Source of the DNA: a virus
Lineage: Duplodnaviria > Heunggongvirae > Uroviricota > Caudoviricetes
DNA length: 18,860 nt
Direction: 5' to 3' (one strand)
Virus record (IMG/VR): IMGVR_UViG_2526164632_000035
Shown here: positions 16,732-18,860 of the stretch, piece after piece
Position numbering within the stretch: the first letter of the stretch is position 1
Layout: each line of letters starts with the position of its first letter
Notes under the pieces: model-generated
Databases searched by the model: none
What the model was told of the DNA's origin: nothing
The model's input: only the letters and a program-made list of their open reading frames with translations
Made by a program: the position numbers and the translations under genes

Positions 16732-18643
16732 TCACTCCTCCGGACAGCTTCGCTGCCAGTTCTTTCAGGGTTGGCCGGGTCGTCTCTTCTTCCCGGGATT
16801 TTGCCAGTACAGCCAGATCAAGCTGCCAGCGTTGCACGGACACACGTAATGCCGCGTAGGCATACACCAGGCAGTCCAGCGCTTCGTTACGCCGCTTTTT
16901 GTTATCCCACAGCAGACGCATCTTTCCTTTTTCCCACTTCTCCACCAGCTCTTCCGCCACCAGTTGCTGCGCCTCTGTCTGCGAAAAAATCTCCGGATCA
17001 TCAGGAAAACGGATGGCATACGACGTGGCTTCATCCGCAGGCGTGGGATCGGCTTTCATACGGGCATAGAGAATTTCTTTTGCGGTGTCCGTCCCCACTT
17101 CGCACAGATACACGCCCCGCTGATTGCGGGTTTTTGGCATGGTGATCACCGGCTTGCCATAAACAGATGCACCTTTTACCGGCAGCACCCGGAAAACACC
17201 GTGTTTTTTTGACCTCTGATAGACAATTTCGCCATCGATCCCCCCGGTGTCCCAGCAGACACGGGAAATGGTCATTTCGGTTCCGTCTGCATGGCGGTAT
17301 TTTTTGTTGATCGCCACATCCACACGTAACAGCGTCTCTTCCTCATCGGGACGCCCCATAATGATGATTTTATCCACCAGAAAGGCTTCCTCTCCCGGAG
17401 CCCATCCCCAGACATACATCTCAAAACGGTTTCGCTGCGAGTCAATGCCCGCCGTCAGATAAACCACCCGGGAAGGCACCGCAGCCGTGTAACGCACAAC
17501 CTTATCCATCAGCACCTGGTGATCGAGTTTTTCGCCCACGGCCTCTTCCCAGGTCTCGCCCAGCGTGGTGTTCACAAAGGTTTTCAGGCCGTTGGGATCT
17601 TTCAGTGCATCCAGCCAGTCATAGACAATCTGTACCCAGGTGGTGAACGGACTGTACGCCGTCCAGATATGAAATGTGATGGAGCGCGGCGGCGGAATTT
17701 CATTATCCGCGGCGCTGAAAAACGTCAGACCGTCGCGGGTCCACATGCCCGTGTTTTCGCAGATCCACCGCCCGTTGCTCTGGTCAAGCTCAGACTGATG
17801 GATCACGCAGCCATGATGTTCACAGAGGTAGAAAACGCTTTCGGGGCTGTCCTTCTCCCATTTAAGGCCAAAAGGCGTGGACTCATCGCCAAATTTCAGA
17901 TACTGCGCCTCCCCACAGTGCGGGCAGGACACATAAAAACGCATGAAATGCGCCGACTCGTTGGCCGCTTTTTCGATCTGGCAGGAGCCTTTTATTTTAG
18001 GCGTCGAGCCGCGAATGGATTTTGGCCATACCGAGCCCTCAATACGCTTATCCCCCAGCAGGGTTGGCGAGCCCTCTTTTTCGACATCCGGCTCGAACGA
18101 GGAAAGTTCGTCATAGCAGACCACGTCCACGGATTTTTCACGGTAGTTTTTTGCTGCCGCACCACCCAGGCACCAGAAGCCCACCCCCGATGAAAAGCGT
18201 TTCAGCGTGAGAGTATTGTCACGATGTTTACGACCCAGCCACGGGGAAAGATCTTTCAGGCATGGCACGTCCCGAATCGTCGCCTCCACGTGAGACTTCA
18301 TAAAATCTTCAGCGGCAGAATCCGTGGGCTGAAAAAGCAGACTGTTTCGGGATTTATGCTCAATAAAATACCCGGCGACTCCCAGCAACATCTTTGTATA
18401 GCCAACACGGGCAGATTTAATCAGATTAACAGTGCGGATCTGATCATTCCCCATACTGTTCATGATGGCGATCTGGAACGGCAGCGTTTTCCATTCGCCG
18501 TCACCGTATGAGGATTCTTTCGGCAGATAATAATACTGGTCAGCCCATTCAACTGCCGTCATCGGTACAACCCTGACCAGAGGCTGCAGCGCAACCGAAA
18601 CGGCGGCCACCATATTATTCAGTTGTTGCTCTGATATATTCAT
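16715..18643 (-). CDS. A: Terminase large subunit (lambda gpA-like)
   Basis: Start chosen at the internal ATG 18641..18643 (MNISEQQLNN…), aligning with lambda MNIS…; about 643 codons. Similarity throughout (TAVEWAD.YYYLPKES, KSARVGY.KMLLGV, KRFSSGVGFWCLGGAAAKNYREKSVDV, GDKRIEGSVWPKSIRGSTPK, HFMRFYVSCPHCGE.QYLKFGD, FHIWTAYSPFTTWVQIV, LTAGIDSQ, CWDTGGID, KGASVYGKPV, WDNKKRRNEALDC). Confidence 0.92.
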   Translation of the reverse strand: MNISEQQLNNMVAAVSVALQPLVRVVPMTAVEWADQYYYLPKESSYGDGEWKTLPFQIAIMNSMGNDQIRTVNLIKSARVGYTKMLLGVAGYFIEHKSRNSLLFQPTDSAAEDFMKSHVEATIRDVPCLKDLSPWLGRKHRDNTLTLKRFSSGVGFWCLGGAAAKNYREKSVDVVCYDELSSFEPDVEKEGSPTLLGDKRIEGSVWPKSIRGSTPKIKGSCQIEKAANESAHFMRFYVSCPHCGEAQYLKFGDESTPFGLKWEKDSPESVFYLCEHHGCVIHQSELDQSNGRWICENTGMWTRDGLTFFSAADNEIPPPRSITFHIWTAYSPFTTWVQIVYDWLDALKDPNGLKTFVNTTLGETWEEAVGEKLDHQVLMDKVVRYTAAVPSRVVYLTAGIDSQRNRFEMYVWGWAPGEEAFLVDKIIIMGRPDEEETLLRVDVAINKKYRHADGTEMTISRVCWDTGGIDGEIVYQRSKKHGVFRVLPVKGASVYGKPVITMPKTRNQRGVYLCEVGTDTAKEILYARMKADPTPADEATSYAIRFPDDPEIFSQTEAQQLVAEELVEKWEKGKMRLLWDNKKRRNEALDCLVYAYAALRVSVQRWQLDLAVLAKSREEETTRPTLKELAAKLSGGVNGYSR

Positions 18644-18860
18644 CGAGTAAATCCGGTAATTTATCCCCTGCCCGCGCACACTGATTTGCCCCCTTCGCAA
18701 TAAGGGTTTTCAGATGGTCAAGATGGCGCGGTGTTAAATCAGGAAACTGTCGCTGCATGGATAAAGGGATGGAATCAAGCGTACTGGATAACGCCATTGC
18801 CAGCTTACTGAGGGCAAAAATACAGAACCCGGTGTCAATAAGTTTTCCTTTGACTACCTC
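18615..18860 (-). CDS. nu1: Terminase small subunit (lambda Nu1-like), 3' part only; the gene continues beyond the right edge
   Basis: The minus-strand frame is open from the window edge (…EVVKGKLIDTGFCIFALSKLAMALSSTLDSIPLSMQRQFPDLTPRHLDHLKTLIAKGANQCARAGDKLPDLLDEYIRATTE*) and matches the lambda Nu1 C-terminal third. Its 3' end overlaps the A start by 29 nt. Confidence 0.8.
   Translation of the reverse strand, partial: EVVKGKLIDTGFCIFALSKLAMALSSTLDSIPLSMQRQFPDLTPRHLDHLKTLIAKGANQCARAGDKLPDLLDEYIRATTE

Noticed and set aside
18644-18700. 19-codon N-terminal extension of the terminase large subunit track ORF
   Set aside because: Homology to lambda gpA begins at the internal ATG (MNIS…) at 18643; the extension overlaps the nu1 3' end in another frame.
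1-18860. CRISPR arrays, tRNA or rRNA genes, integrase or attachment sites, cos site, toxin-antitoxin or defence systems
   Set aside because: I saw no spacer-repeat periodicity or tRNA-like structures. The window covers only the morphogenesis arm; cos and the rest of nu1 lie beyond the right edge, and integrase and attachment sites would be elsewhere. No candidate defence genes fit in the tightly packed operon.

Overview
This window is the head and tail morphogenesis arm of a lambda-like prophage, encoded on the minus strand from right to left: nu1 (partial, runs off the right edge), A, W, B, C/Nu3, D, E, FI, FII, Z, U, V, G/GT, H, M, L, K and I. Gene order, sizes and overlapping start/stop junctions are lambda-like, and the conserved G-T slippery heptamer is present. 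The tail-tip end is cut by a 2704-bp IS66-family insertion sequence (1234..3937, three plus-strand ORFs) that truncates gene I. Gene J and the tail-fibre genes are absent. Left of the IS is an AT-rich cargo region carrying an NleB-family type III effector glycosyltransferase gene (minus strand). Several genes look inactivated: the nleB-like gene has an in-frame TGA at codon 53, and portal B, protease/scaffold C and major capsid E each have one frameshift. The sequence cannot tell me whether these are real decay of a defective prophage or assembly errors. The likely host is Escherichia coli of EHEC/EPEC type, judged only from protein similarity recalled from memory. I found no rRNA, tRNA or CRISPR, and no recognisable novel defence or other system; the interesting content is the decay pattern and the IS-mediated rearrangement. 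No searches or computations were run; all homology statements rest on hand translation and recalled lambda and NleB sequences.
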